Below are positions 17,912 through 27,374 of a stretch of DNA of 30,462 nt, one piece after another. How positions within the stretch are numbered: position 1 is the first letter of the stretch; each line of letters begins with the position of its first letter. The stretch is from positions 1-30,462 of IMG/VR virus record IMGVR_UViG_3300032212_000112; one strand, 5' to 3'. The translations under genes and the position numbers were made by a program. Below the pieces are notes generated by a model, which searched no databases, was not told the origin of the DNA, and worked only from the letters and a program-made list of their open reading frames with translations. This DNA comes from a virus (lineage: Duplodnaviria > Caudoviricetes).

Positions 17912-19166
17912 CGCATTTGAAGCATACGCATCCAATCCACGCTACGCAGAAGGCGGCTTAGAGTCTGAAATTGAGCGCGAGGAAATGGAAACCGCACGCA
18001 AGATGGACGTGCAGAGCGCGGCTGCGGCTGATTTAGAGGCCATGAAGCCAAAGGCTGAACCAGAATCAGATTTATATGGCAATATTCGCTCTATTGCTGA
18101 AACTGCTATCCGCGTTCCTCAGAATGTGGCGGCTGGTATGAGTGGTGCGATTGAAAACACATTAGCTCTTGCGGTAGGCCGTGAGAACATCAATCAGGCT
18201 AATGAGTGGATGAAGGCAGAAATGCCTGATTGGTACAATGGCATGGTTGAGCAGTTGCAGCCAAAGGGCGCTGTAGACGAAGTAACGCAAGAGCTAACTA
18301 AGTTTATTATCCCGTTTGGCCTCGCAATGAAGGGGGCAAAAGCCGCATCAATTGCAGCGGGTACAGAGACAGGCGTAGCAACTAATGCTTTGATAGCAGA
18401 GGTCGTTGCGTCCGGCGCAGCACTTGATCCGCACATGGAGAGATTATCATCATTTGCTAAAGAACTTGGCGTAGAGAATCAGATCATTGGCTGGCTTGCT
18501 GATAACGAGAATGAAACAGAATCAGAAGGTAGAATAAAAAACATTATCGAAGGCGCTGGGATTACAGGCGCACTGGCATTGTCTTTCAAATCGGCGGCGA
18601 TGACGTTTAAAGGATTGCGTAGATTTAAGGAATTTGGAGCGGCAAATCTTAGAGAATCACGCGGCGCACCGGTTAGCGGTTCGCCTAGAGCGCAGAGAGG
18701 ATCACTTGATTTAGGTAAGAATCAATCAGAAATAGCGGTGGCAACAAAGGGTGATTTTGCCCCAATGACGATTAAAGCAGTTAAAGACTCTGGTTATGAA
18801 AAAATGATAACAGAATCAGGAGATTTAAAAATGTATCACGGTACATCTTCTGCAAACGCTAAATCAATAAAAAAATCAGGCGAATTTAAAGGGCATCCGT
18901 TTTTTACGTTCAACAAAGCCGAGGCTGAGCAATATAGTAAGCAGGTTGGCGGCAAGCCTGAGATTATAGAGGTAATAGTTGATCCTGACACAGTTGTGCC
19001 AACGGGCGGTTATTTTACAGCGAGAATGGAAGGTCTAAAGGCTGGGGATGATGGGGTTTATAGGTTTGCAAAAAAACAAGCAAAAACACCAAAACCAAAA
19101 TCAAACGAAACCCAAGATATGGATAACAGAATGGACAACATCATAAACGAGCTTAAAAACCTATGA
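17904..19166 (+). CDS. Internal virion protein with C-terminal ADP-ribosyltransferase-like domain
   Basis: Hydrophobic Ala/Gly segments, EGRIKNIIEG; then MYHGTS...SIKKSG...FFT...AEQYS...IIEV. Confidence 0.6.
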   Translation: MNNAFEAYASNPRYAEGGLESEIEREEMETARKMDVQSAAAADLEAMKPKAEPESDLYGNIRSIAETAIRVPQNVAAGMSGAIENTLALAVGRENINQANEWMKAEMPDWYNGMVEQLQPKGAVDEVTQELTKFIIPFGLAMKGAKAASIAAGTETGVATNALIAEVVASGAALDPHMERLSSFAKELGVENQIIGWLADNENETESEGRIKNIIEGAGITGALALSFKSAAMTFKGLRRFKEFGAANLRESRGAPVSGSPRAQRGSLDLGKNQSEIAVATKGDFAPMTIKAVKDSGYEKMITESGDLKMYHGTSSANAKSIKKSGEFKGHPFFTFNKAEAEQYSKQVGGKPEIIEVIVDPDTVVPTGGYFTARMEGLKAGDDGVYRFAKKQAKTPKPKSNETQDMDNRMDNIINELKNL

Positions 19167-19405
19167 ATGACAAACTTGCAGTCATTGAGGCTTTAATTCA
19201 GGCTAAAAAGAAGCCGGTCAAGGATAACTCTGCCGAGGTCAAGAAAATGGCAGGGCAGGCTATCTCATCAATGCGTGATAGCGTCAATAACAATCAGGCT
19301 GTCATGGCTGAAATTGTGAGCATGATAGGCGCAAGACCGAAAGAGTTTATAATTCAGCGTGACGGTAAAGGCGATATGACAAAAATCATACCGGTATATG
19401 AATAA
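19163..19405 (+). CDS. Hypothetical 80-aa protein with C-terminal IQRDGKG beta-hairpin motif
   Basis: ATGA and TAATG overlaps on both sides. Confidence 0.65.
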   Translation: MNDKLAVIEALIQAKKKPVKDNSAEVKKMAGQAISSMRDSVNNNQAVMAEIVSMIGARPKEFIIQRDGKGDMTKIIPVYE

Positions 19406-22158
19406 TGGAAACTAAATTTACAGCAGACTTTGTGCGCGATGAGAAAGGCGGCGAATCCTTTGGTATGGATGAAACGCCATTTACTGCGGCTACCGGTGAA
19501 TCTGAGCAGGTTGCGAGCGGGTTATCTCCACTGATTAAGGGTTTATTCAAAGAAGGGATGAAAGAACTTGCAGAGCAAGCCCCTAAAAAAAGACAGCTTT
19601 ACAAGTCTAAAAAAGAATTATCCGAGGCGGTCACTGAGCAAAAGCCTGTTGTTAAGCCCGATCAAGTTGATGTACCTGTAGGCACTGAGGGGCAGGCCAA
19701 TCGTATCCTTGATGCTGATTTTGGTAAGTTTAACCAGTTAGATGACCACCAAATCAATTTTGATCAGATTGATACCACTGATGATATTAAAGCCGTTATC
19801 GGGCAAGTAGCCGATGACAATGTTGGGGCTATCAATAAAGCCCGACGAGGCAAAGTAACTCATGAGCAATTACAATCATTAGCAGATGAATTAGGTACAG
19901 ATGAGGAGGTGATCCAACAAGTCTTGCAGCGTCAGGCTGGTGAAGCGTTTGGGCCAGAGGTTATTCTAGCCGCCCGTCAAGTATTAGGCTCAAGCGCAAA
20001 ACGGATATTAGGTCTTGCTGAAAAAGTCAGAACCGGCAGCGCGTCAGATATTGAAAAGCTACAATTTCGCAGACAATTAGATTTTCATCGTGAATATCAA
20101 GCGCAGTTAATGGGCGCAAGAGCCGAGGCAGGCCGAGCATTAAACGCCTTTGGTATTCCGACAGGCGACAGCCCGCGTGATGTTGCTCGAATAACTGAAC
20201 TGGTTGAGACTACCGGTGGCGCAGATAATCTGACAACTATCGCCAATCAGTTAGAGCATGTTGATTCTATTGAGGGTCTTAACAAACTCACTAAATCATC
20301 TATATCTGAAAAAGTACAATCTGTATTGATAGAGAATTTTATTAACTCAATTCTTTCCGGTGTTAAGACGCATGTTATCAATACGTCAGGTAATGCGCTG
20401 TTTCAGGGTATGAATATCGCAGAGCGAGCGGTAGCAGCCCGTATAGGTCGATTTTTAGGTACTGAGGAAGGTGTAGCAGTAGGCGAGGCATCAGCCCATA
20501 TTTACGGCATGATGCATTCGTGGCGACAGGCTTTAAAAGCGGCTGGTACGGCGCTTAGAAAAGGCGAGCCATCCGATCAAGTAATGAAGTTTGAGGGCAC
20601 GGTGAATAAAGCCATATCTGCTGATAACCTCGAATTATCCGGAGGATTAGGTCGGGCGGTTGATTTATTGGGCACGGTTATCCGATTCCCGACTGAGCGC
20701 GTCATGTTGCCGGTGGATGAAATGTTTAAGGTCTTTGCTCGTAATGGCGACTTGGCAAGACAGGCATTTCGTGAGGCTGACAGAGTAACTTCTTTATCTG
20801 GAAACCCAGAGGATGCAGGTAAGGTTATTCAGGAGTTTTTTAGAAACCCACCACAGCAAGCCTTGGATGAGGCGCAAGCATCCGCTTTGTATAACACATT
20901 CCAGAATCCGTTAGGCGAGGTCGGTCAGTCTGTACAAAAGACGATCAACAAGATACCAGGCGCACGCTTTGTTGCTCCGTTTATCCGCACACCGATTAAC
21001 ATCTTTAAGGCTGGTTTATTAGAGCGCAGCCCTGTAGCGGTCTTTACTCGTAAATTTCATCAAGACTTAAAAGCCGGAGGTGCAGCCCGTGATATGGCCA
21101 TCGCTCGCGTTTCTATGGGATCGCTCACTGCTGGAGTGGTTGCTAATTATGCTGCCAATGGTCAAATTACTGGCGGCGGCCCTTCTAATCCACAAGCAAG
21201 AGCATTATTAGAGGCTACTGGATGGAAGCCTTATTCTGTTGTTTGGACTAATCCTGTTACCGGAAAAACACACTATCAAAGCTATCAACGAGCCGAGCCA
21301 TTAGCTTATGTTATCGGTGCGGTAGCAGATTTAGTCGAAATACAGAACTATGGTGATGACGAGCTTGATACCGATGATGAGCGGGTGAACGAAATATCAT
21401 CGGCCATTATCGCGGCGATTGCTGAAAACACCATGAACAAAACATTTATGACAGGAATCTCTGACTTTACCCGCGCAATGGATGATCCTAAACGATACAT
21501 GGGGTCATGGTTCGACAATATGCTTGCAGCCCAAATACCCTTTTCTGGTACACGCAGAGATATTAGCAAGATTGTAGACCCTTATGCACGTACCGCGTGG
21601 GAGTTGACTGATAAGGTCAAAAAATCCTCTGGTTTTCCAGGTTACATTGACGATGTACCCGCTAACCTAGATTTATACGGCGACCCTAAATACCATCCAG
21701 CAGGCTCATTATTAGGCATTATGAGTCCTTTCCCCGATTCAACTAAGACCACTGATGAAGTTAAATTGGAAGTGGTTAGGGTTATGGAAAGCAGCCGAAC
21801 TGTACCGATAGCAAGACCATCTAAGCGCATTGACGGGGTGAAGCTAACCACTAAGGAATATTATGATTATGTGCAACTTTCGCGTAAAATCATTGAAGAT
21901 GGTGAGGGTAATACGTTCTATGAGGCGTTACAGGAAACTATAGATAGCCCCGTATATCAAGACGGTACACCAGATATGCAGTCTACATTATTGCGTGACG
22001 TACAAAAGAACTTTGATAAATGGGCGCGAATGGAATTAGAAGATGAGAATGACGATTTAAGGCTTAGATTACAGACCAGAAGGGCTAAGAAAGAAAGTCT
22101 TTTATATGGCGTTGAAGCGCTTGAACCGGAACAGCAAGAGCTAATAGAGGACGAATAA
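19405..22158 (+). CDS. Large internal virion / DNA ejection protein (gp16-like position)
   Basis: 917 aa helical; INFDQIDT, RAEAGRAL, PFIRTPINI, GWKPYS, YQRAEP; synteny. Confidence 0.7.
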   Translation: METKFTADFVRDEKGGESFGMDETPFTAATGESEQVASGLSPLIKGLFKEGMKELAEQAPKKRQLYKSKKELSEAVTEQKPVVKPDQVDVPVGTEGQANRILDADFGKFNQLDDHQINFDQIDTTDDIKAVIGQVADDNVGAINKARRGKVTHEQLQSLADELGTDEEVIQQVLQRQAGEAFGPEVILAARQVLGSSAKRILGLAEKVRTGSASDIEKLQFRRQLDFHREYQAQLMGARAEAGRALNAFGIPTGDSPRDVARITELVETTGGADNLTTIANQLEHVDSIEGLNKLTKSSISEKVQSVLIENFINSILSGVKTHVINTSGNALFQGMNIAERAVAARIGRFLGTEEGVAVGEASAHIYGMMHSWRQALKAAGTALRKGEPSDQVMKFEGTVNKAISADNLELSGGLGRAVDLLGTVIRFPTERVMLPVDEMFKVFARNGDLARQAFREADRVTSLSGNPEDAGKVIQEFFRNPPQQALDEAQASALYNTFQNPLGEVGQSVQKTINKIPGARFVAPFIRTPINIFKAGLLERSPVAVFTRKFHQDLKAGGAARDMAIARVSMGSLTAGVVANYAANGQITGGGPSNPQARALLEATGWKPYSVVWTNPVTGKTHYQSYQRAEPLAYVIGAVADLVEIQNYGDDELDTDDERVNEISSAIIAAIAENTMNKTFMTGISDFTRAMDDPKRYMGSWFDNMLAAQIPFSGTRRDISKIVDPYARTAWELTDKVKKSSGFPGYIDDVPANLDLYGDPKYHPAGSLLGIMSPFPDSTKTTDEVKLEVVRVMESSRTVPIARPSKRIDGVKLTTKEYYDYVQLSRKIIEDGEGNTFYEALQETIDSPVYQDGTPDMQSTLLRDVQKNFDKWARMELEDENDDLRLRLQTRRAKKESLLYGVEALEPEQQELIEDE

Positions 22159-22589
22159 TGCTAAAAGATGAACTATTAAACGATCCATTAGGATTAAACT
22201 ACGCAGCGATGACAGATGCAGAAGCAGCCGCTTCACTTAACTCTGTCAATCGTATTGTTAATAAACGCGTACAGGTATCAGAACTGCTTAAATACTTAGG
22301 CGGCATCGGTAAACTTGGCGACTTCATCGAAGCCAAATCAGATGCAAGCGCAGCCAAACGCAAACCTGTATTAGCGGTGTTTTCTTTATTTGAAAATCCG
22401 CACATTACGGATATTGATGTAGCTGTCGAGCCTTTTGCTCAAGGATTGGGGGCATTGGTTGCAGCCAATCTAATCACGCAACCCGAAGCAGACACGATAA
22501 TAGCTATGGGTAGTGAGACAGTATCACGCGCACAGGAAATCGGCGCAGGTAAAGTTTATGAAGCAACAGTAAGAAAGGCGCGAGGTTAA
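22158..22589 (+). CDS. Hypothetical, likely structural, protein
   Basis: GAGG SD; NDPLGLNYAAMTDAEAAASLN, SRAQEIG; TAATG overlap. Confidence 0.65.
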   Translation: MLKDELLNDPLGLNYAAMTDAEAAASLNSVNRIVNKRVQVSELLKYLGGIGKLGDFIEAKSDASAAKRKPVLAVFSLFENPHITDIDVAVEPFAQGLGALVAANLITQPEADTIIAMGSETVSRAQEIGAGKVYEATVRKARG

Positions 22590-22590
22590 T

Positions 22591-23103
22591 ATGACTACTT
22601 CAAATATTGCATATTCAGCAGACACAGCAATTTCAGCTACAGCATGGGAATCGCTTGCGGCAGATGATTGGGCTAGCTCCGCAGACGTAGATAACACATC
22701 AAATCTCTATGTGGATATGTCTGTGGGTGGCGTTATTGCAGCATCAGCGACCACTATTGCAGCCGGTGAATCATTTGATATTTATGTTGCAGCACGATAC
22801 GACAAAGATATTACAACATCTTATCAAGGTGGTGTTGATGCAGCTTTTGGTGCAGCAGATTCTACTTTGACAGAAGATACAGAATTTACACCGCTTAACC
22901 TTATTTTCTTAACGTCAGTCAGCGTTGAGGCAACCGCACCTGATACAACTCAAGATTATAACTGGTTTGTTGGGTCAATCGCGCAAGCCTTTGGTGGAAT
23001 CATGCCGCAGCATTTTATGTTGGTTTTGCATAACAACACAGGCTCGGCAATGACCACAGGCAACGTAATTAACTCTGTCGGCATCACTTACACATCGGCG
23101 TAA
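22591..23103 (+). CDS. Acidic beta-rich putative structural protein
   Basis: GAGG SD; Thr/Ser/Ala/Asp-rich, VLHNNTG. Confidence 0.65.
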   Translation: MTTSNIAYSADTAISATAWESLAADDWASSADVDNTSNLYVDMSVGGVIAASATTIAAGESFDIYVAARYDKDITTSYQGGVDAAFGAADSTLTEDTEFTPLNLIFLTSVSVEATAPDTTQDYNWFVGSIAQAFGGIMPQHFMLVLHNNTGSAMTTGNVINSVGITYTSA

Positions 23104-23106
23104 TAG

Positions 23107-23916
23107 ATGAGCTTTATACCCCTAAAGCGTAAGCATACTAGAAAACCCTCGTTTGGTGCTAGGTTAGATAGAAGTAATGAGATAGCCAAAGGGCTAACGT
23201 ATGCGATACTTCCTGATATTAACTATGATTTAGTATCAGAGAGCCTATTAGCTAGAACGGATACAGGAAGCCCTGTTAAAGTTGCGGGTAAAGATGGAAC
23301 ATATTTAAGCCTGCCAGATGGGTCTTTTTCATCATATAGCGTTGGTGACTGGTCTTGCAGTTCGTACACGATTGCTATGGTTGTCAAGATTGACGCTATT
23401 GATAACCCTTGGGGCGGTTTATTTGCAAAGGTAAGCACTGGCACATCGCATCAGATGGGGCTTCAAAGACAGTCAACAAGCAACAACTTTAGGCTTAATC
23501 AGGCCAATTCCGTAACGCTTTCAACGTCCAGTATATCTTCAATAATTGGCGAATACGCCAAGATTGTGTTGAACTTTCAGGGTTCAACTGCAACAATGTA
23601 TATTAATTCTCTGGATAATAAGCACACAGAAACGATTGTGGGCGGGGTAGCTACTGGTTCGGGTGCTTTGTATCTGGCAGCAGAGGCTTCTGCATCAGCT
23701 ACTTATGATTCTGATGCTGCGTTTTCAATGTTCACATTTAGCAAAGACGCTATGTGGAGCGAGGCCCAAACAAAGTCTTGGCTTGAAAACCCTTACCAAA
23801 TACTCCAACCCCAAACCCAATACATAGAAGCAGGTGCGGCGGTAGCGGGCGTAACAGGTAAATCAAACCCATTATACGGCTGCTTTGGTGGTTGTTTACA
23901 AGGAGCAATAGCATAA
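23107..23916 (+). CDS. LamG / concanavalin A-like lectin domain protein
   Basis: YTIAMVVK, TATMYIN, ALYLA, WSEAQTKSWLENPYQIL pattern. Confidence 0.65.
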   Translation: MSFIPLKRKHTRKPSFGARLDRSNEIAKGLTYAILPDINYDLVSESLLARTDTGSPVKVAGKDGTYLSLPDGSFSSYSVGDWSCSSYTIAMVVKIDAIDNPWGGLFAKVSTGTSHQMGLQRQSTSNNFRLNQANSVTLSTSSISSIIGEYAKIVLNFQGSTATMYINSLDNKHTETIVGGVATGSGALYLAAEASASATYDSDAAFSMFTFSKDAMWSEAQTKSWLENPYQILQPQTQYIEAGAAVAGVTGKSNPLYGCFGGCLQGAIA

Positions 23917-24878
23917 TGCAATATTTAGGCGACTTCGCGGAAGATGCAACGGTATATATCCCGTTTAACACTTTTTCCAGCGATGACCCACAAGCATCGG
24001 TAACGATTACTAATTTAGTTGATGCTGATATTAAGGTGCATAAAGACGGGTCAGCGACTGAGATTGTGACCGATGGCGCAACGATAGCGATTGATTTCGA
24101 TACGGTTACAGGCAACCACTTAATCATTGTGGACACATCTGCACATGCTGATTATTCAACAGGATCAGATTACCTTGTAAGAATTGAAGGCACGACCGTT
24201 GATGGCGGCACGATTAACGCTTTTGTTGGTTCGTTTAGTATTGAGAACCGATACATGCGAGGCACAGACTCAGCAGCGACAGCAGCATCATTAGCAACAG
24301 CACAAACTGACCTAGATACAATAACCGGCGCGGATGGCGTAACATTAGCAACCGCGCAACCATCAATTACATTCCAGCCAGTAACGATTACTGCTGGTGA
24401 TGCAGTGGACAATATTACGCTGGCTGGCACGGGTAGCGCGGATGGGATTTCGTTTACTCGTTCTGGTTCTGGCGATCCATTTGATGCGGCTATCATGGCG
24501 CAGCTTAACGCTGAAATGGACACAGCAATCTCTGATGCTTCGCTTGCAACGGCGGCGGCACTTGCCACAGCAGATGCAAATATTGACGCAATTCTAGCCG
24601 ATACCGGTACAGACGGGGTTGTATTATCAGCAGCGCAAATGAATAAGATTGCCGACCATGTATTACGTAGAGCATTTGCTACAGCCGCAGCATCAAGTGA
24701 CGGTGATACAAAAGACTTCCGTTCATTATTAGGCGCGGTAGCCAAACTGGTTAATAAGGTCGCTATATCTGGATCAACATTAAGCATTTACGAGGATGAC
24801 GACACTACGGCACTTGGCTCACAAACATTAACAACTGATGCGGCAGCAGACCCTATTACCGGCGCTGATACGGTGTAA
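23916..24878 (+). CDS. Putative fibre/appendage protein
   Basis: AGGAG SD, start 23916; N-terminal beta domain (FDTVTGNH...FSIENR), Ala/Thr/Asp-rich shaft. Confidence 0.65.
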   Translation: MQYLGDFAEDATVYIPFNTFSSDDPQASVTITNLVDADIKVHKDGSATEIVTDGATIAIDFDTVTGNHLIIVDTSAHADYSTGSDYLVRIEGTTVDGGTINAFVGSFSIENRYMRGTDSAATAASLATAQTDLDTITGADGVTLATAQPSITFQPVTITAGDAVDNITLAGTGSADGISFTRSGSGDPFDAAIMAQLNAEMDTAISDASLATAAALATADANIDAILADTGTDGVVLSAAQMNKIADHVLRRAFATAAASSDGDTKDFRSLLGAVAKLVNKVAISGSTLSIYEDDDTTALGSQTLTTDAAADPITGADTV

Positions 24879-25261
24879 TGGCCTATAAGGGAATACTTGA
24901 GCTAACTGGGGTATGGCCTAGCGCGGTAGCCGGTGCAACTCAGGCTGGCTTTAGGGGTGTATCAGATTTAAGTGGCGCTATCTTAACTGGCGGCGGCGAT
25001 GGTGTTACACAGGCTGGCTTTAGGGGTGTATCAGATTTAAGTGGCGCTATCTTAACTGGCGGCGGCGATGGTGTTACACAGGCTGGCTGGATAGGTGTAA
25101 GTCAATTAAATGGCGTATGGCTAAGCGGCGGTTATGAGGCAGAGATTTTAGAAACGCCAGGCTATTACGGCGTAGACGGAATAGCAGGCAAACGAAAGAA
25201 AGAAGATGACGAAATTATAGCTTTAATTATGGCGATGTATGAATCAGGTACATTCCATTAG
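24878..25261 (+). CDS. Gly-rich repeat protein with acidic-hydrophobic tail (EDDEIIALIMAM)
   Basis: TAATG overlap; four ~23-aa repeat units. Confidence 0.65.
   Translation: MAYKGILELTGVWPSAVAGATQAGFRGVSDLSGAILTGGGDGVTQAGFRGVSDLSGAILTGGGDGVTQAGWIGVSQLNGVWLSGGYEAEILETPGYYGVDGIAGKRKKEDDEIIALIMAMYESGTFH
24941..25088 (+). repeat. Perfect 69-bp in-frame tandem duplication (2 copies + 10 bp)
   Basis: 24941-25009 identical to 25010-25078; CAGGCTGGCT recurs at 25079-25088. Confidence 0.95.
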
Positions 25262-25270
25262 GAGGAAAAC

Positions 25271-26626
25271 ATGAGCCTTTTAGTAAACGACACAACGCCG
25301 CGAGTGCAATATACGGCTACAGCATCGCAGACCACCTTTGCTTATCCATTTGAGATATTTGTGGATGCAGACCTAAAGGTATATCAAACCTTATCCGGCG
25401 CAACCCCTGATGATGATACTGATGTTTTAGTGTTGACCACAGATTATACAGTGACAAATGCAGGCGTATCGGGTGGCGGTGATATTGTTTTAGTGACCGG
25501 CGCAGCATCGGGTGATGTGATTACGATTGAACGGGATATTGCCATAGAAAGAACCAGCGACTATCAGAATCTAGGTGACTTGGCATCATCTTCATTAAAT
25601 GATGACCTTGATAAACTGGTTATGATGGCGCAGCAAAACGAATCCCATATAAATAATCTTTGTATTAAAACACAAGCTACATCACAAGCGGGTAGTCTTG
25701 ATTTACCTGTTTTGGTTAATGATAAGTATTTAACCACTGACGGAACAAGTCTTATATGGGGTACGCCAGAAGGCGCAGCCGGTGCTATTGGTAATTTATC
25801 AGAAGATATAACGCCACAACTAGGCGCGGCATTGGATACCAATGATTTTCAAATCAACCAAAGCAAGGGCGCAGATATTGCATCTGCTACAGCATTAACG
25901 CTCGGTACAGATGGCAACTATTTTGATGTGACCGGTACGACTGCTATCACATCTATCGGGTCGGTCGGTATTGGCACTGTGGTCACGCTGCATTTTGATG
26001 GTGCATTAACGCTTACTTATAACGCTACTGATTTAATATTACCTGGTGCTGATGACGTAACAACCGCAGCCGGTGATGAGTTTACCTTTGTAGAGTACGC
26101 CTCCGGTGATTGGCGCTGCATTGGATATGTTTTGGCTAATGGACAATCTATTGCCAGCCCGATAATCAACGGAACGGCACAAGCCACCACGTCAGGCACG
26201 TCTGTAACATTTACCGGCATACCGAGCGGTACTAAGATAATTAGGATAATGTTTTATGACGTTCAGCCAGCCGCATCAGCGGCATTAAGGGTTAAGGTCG
26301 GTGACAGTGGGGGTGTTGAGTCAACCGGATACCTTGGGAATGTTGCGACAATAACGGGGACAAATACCTGTCAAGTTGGATTTGGTTCTGTAACTACATA
26401 TTTTGCTGTAAACGCAGCAACAAACGGCTCTCAAAACGGAGTAATTACCTTGGTTAATCAGGGTGGCAATGTATGGGTGTCATCGGGCATTTTGCACGAC
26501 AGGACAAATAGTTACGTAAACCAAAGCGCAGGATCAAAAGAATTATCTGGCGAGATAGACAGGGTGGAAATATCCTTAACTACTAGCACATTTCAGCTAG
26601 GCGAGATAAATATTCAATATCAATAA
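25271..26626 (+). CDS. Tail fibre protein with T7 gp17-like N-terminal anchor
   Basis: AGGAGG SD; RVQYTATASQTTFAYPFEIF...LNDDLDKLVMMAQQ; DITPQLG; beta-rich C-terminal domains. Confidence 0.85.
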   Translation: MSLLVNDTTPRVQYTATASQTTFAYPFEIFVDADLKVYQTLSGATPDDDTDVLVLTTDYTVTNAGVSGGGDIVLVTGAASGDVITIERDIAIERTSDYQNLGDLASSSLNDDLDKLVMMAQQNESHINNLCIKTQATSQAGSLDLPVLVNDKYLTTDGTSLIWGTPEGAAGAIGNLSEDITPQLGAALDTNDFQINQSKGADIASATALTLGTDGNYFDVTGTTAITSIGSVGIGTVVTLHFDGALTLTYNATDLILPGADDVTTAAGDEFTFVEYASGDWRCIGYVLANGQSIASPIINGTAQATTSGTSVTFTGIPSGTKIIRIMFYDVQPAASAALRVKVGDSGGVESTGYLGNVATITGTNTCQVGFGSVTTYFAVNAATNGSQNGVITLVNQGGNVWVSSGILHDRTNSYVNQSAGSKELSGEIDRVEISLTTSTFQLGEINIQYQ

Positions 26627-26638
26627 AAAGGACTAACA

Positions 26639-26944
26639 ATGCCAGATGGTACAACTTCTGCAATTATGGCCGCCTTACACTCCGTATTTGATGCGCTTAA
26701 ATTCGTATGGTTTGCCTTAATTGGGCTGATTGTATGGAATGGAAAGCGCATGGTAAAAAAAGTAGATGAGCTTGAAAAATGCTCAGTGCATAAGGATGAT
26801 TTCAATGCCACTCTAAAGAGTCTTAGGGGTGATATAAAGGACTTAGGCGAGAAGCAGATTGATTTGCATAGGACAATGAGATCGGACACGCGAGAAGATA
26901 TAAAAGGCGTTCACTCCAGAATTGATGAAATAATGAAGAAATGA
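26639..26944 (+). CDS. Putative holin (single TM + coiled coil)
   Basis: FVWFALIGLIVW TM segment; directly upstream of and overlapping the lysozyme gene. Confidence 0.5.
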   Translation: MPDGTTSAIMAALHSVFDALKFVWFALIGLIVWNGKRMVKKVDELEKCSVHKDDFNATLKSLRGDIKDLGEKQIDLHRTMRSDTREDIKGVHSRIDEIMKK

Positions 26945-27372
26945 TAAACGAAACACTGAGAAAAATGCTCATTTTAGACGAGGGCTATGAGTCAAGCCTA
27001 TACGCTGATTCAGTCGGGAAGCTGACTATTGGTATAGGCCACAATATCACTGATAAAGGTCTTAGGCCGGACGAGATTCGCCTTATCTACGATAACGATG
27101 TGCAAGAGGTAAAAGACGAGCTACAGCCTCACAAGTGGGCGACAGACCATGACAATATCAGGCAATTAGTCATCATTGATATGGCGTTCAATCTTGGCAT
27201 GTTTAAGCTAATGCAGTTTAAGAAAATGATAGCCGCATTAAAAAACAAAGACTACACGCTGGCCGCTGATGAAATGATGGACTCAAGATGGGCTTCTCAG
27301 GTCGGCGTTAGAGCAGACAGGCTGCATTATATGATGCTAACCGGCGACATTCATCCTGATTATGAGGACTAG
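26941..27372 (+). CDS. Endolysin, T4-lysozyme-like (GH24)
   Basis: DEG...YADSVGKLTIGIGHN (E-D-T triad), DMAFNLG, AADEMMDSRWASQVGVRA. Confidence 0.92.
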   Translation: MINETLRKMLILDEGYESSLYADSVGKLTIGIGHNITDKGLRPDEIRLIYDNDVQEVKDELQPHKWATDHDNIRQLVIIDMAFNLGMFKLMQFKKMIAALKNKDYTLAADEMMDSRWASQVGVRADRLHYMMLTGDIHPDYED

Positions 27373-27374
27373 CC

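Noticed and set aside
24170-24787. 205-aa minus-strand ORF and the other antisense ORFs within structural genes
   Set aside because: Antisense shadows of Ala/Thr/Gly-rich genes, without recognisable motifs
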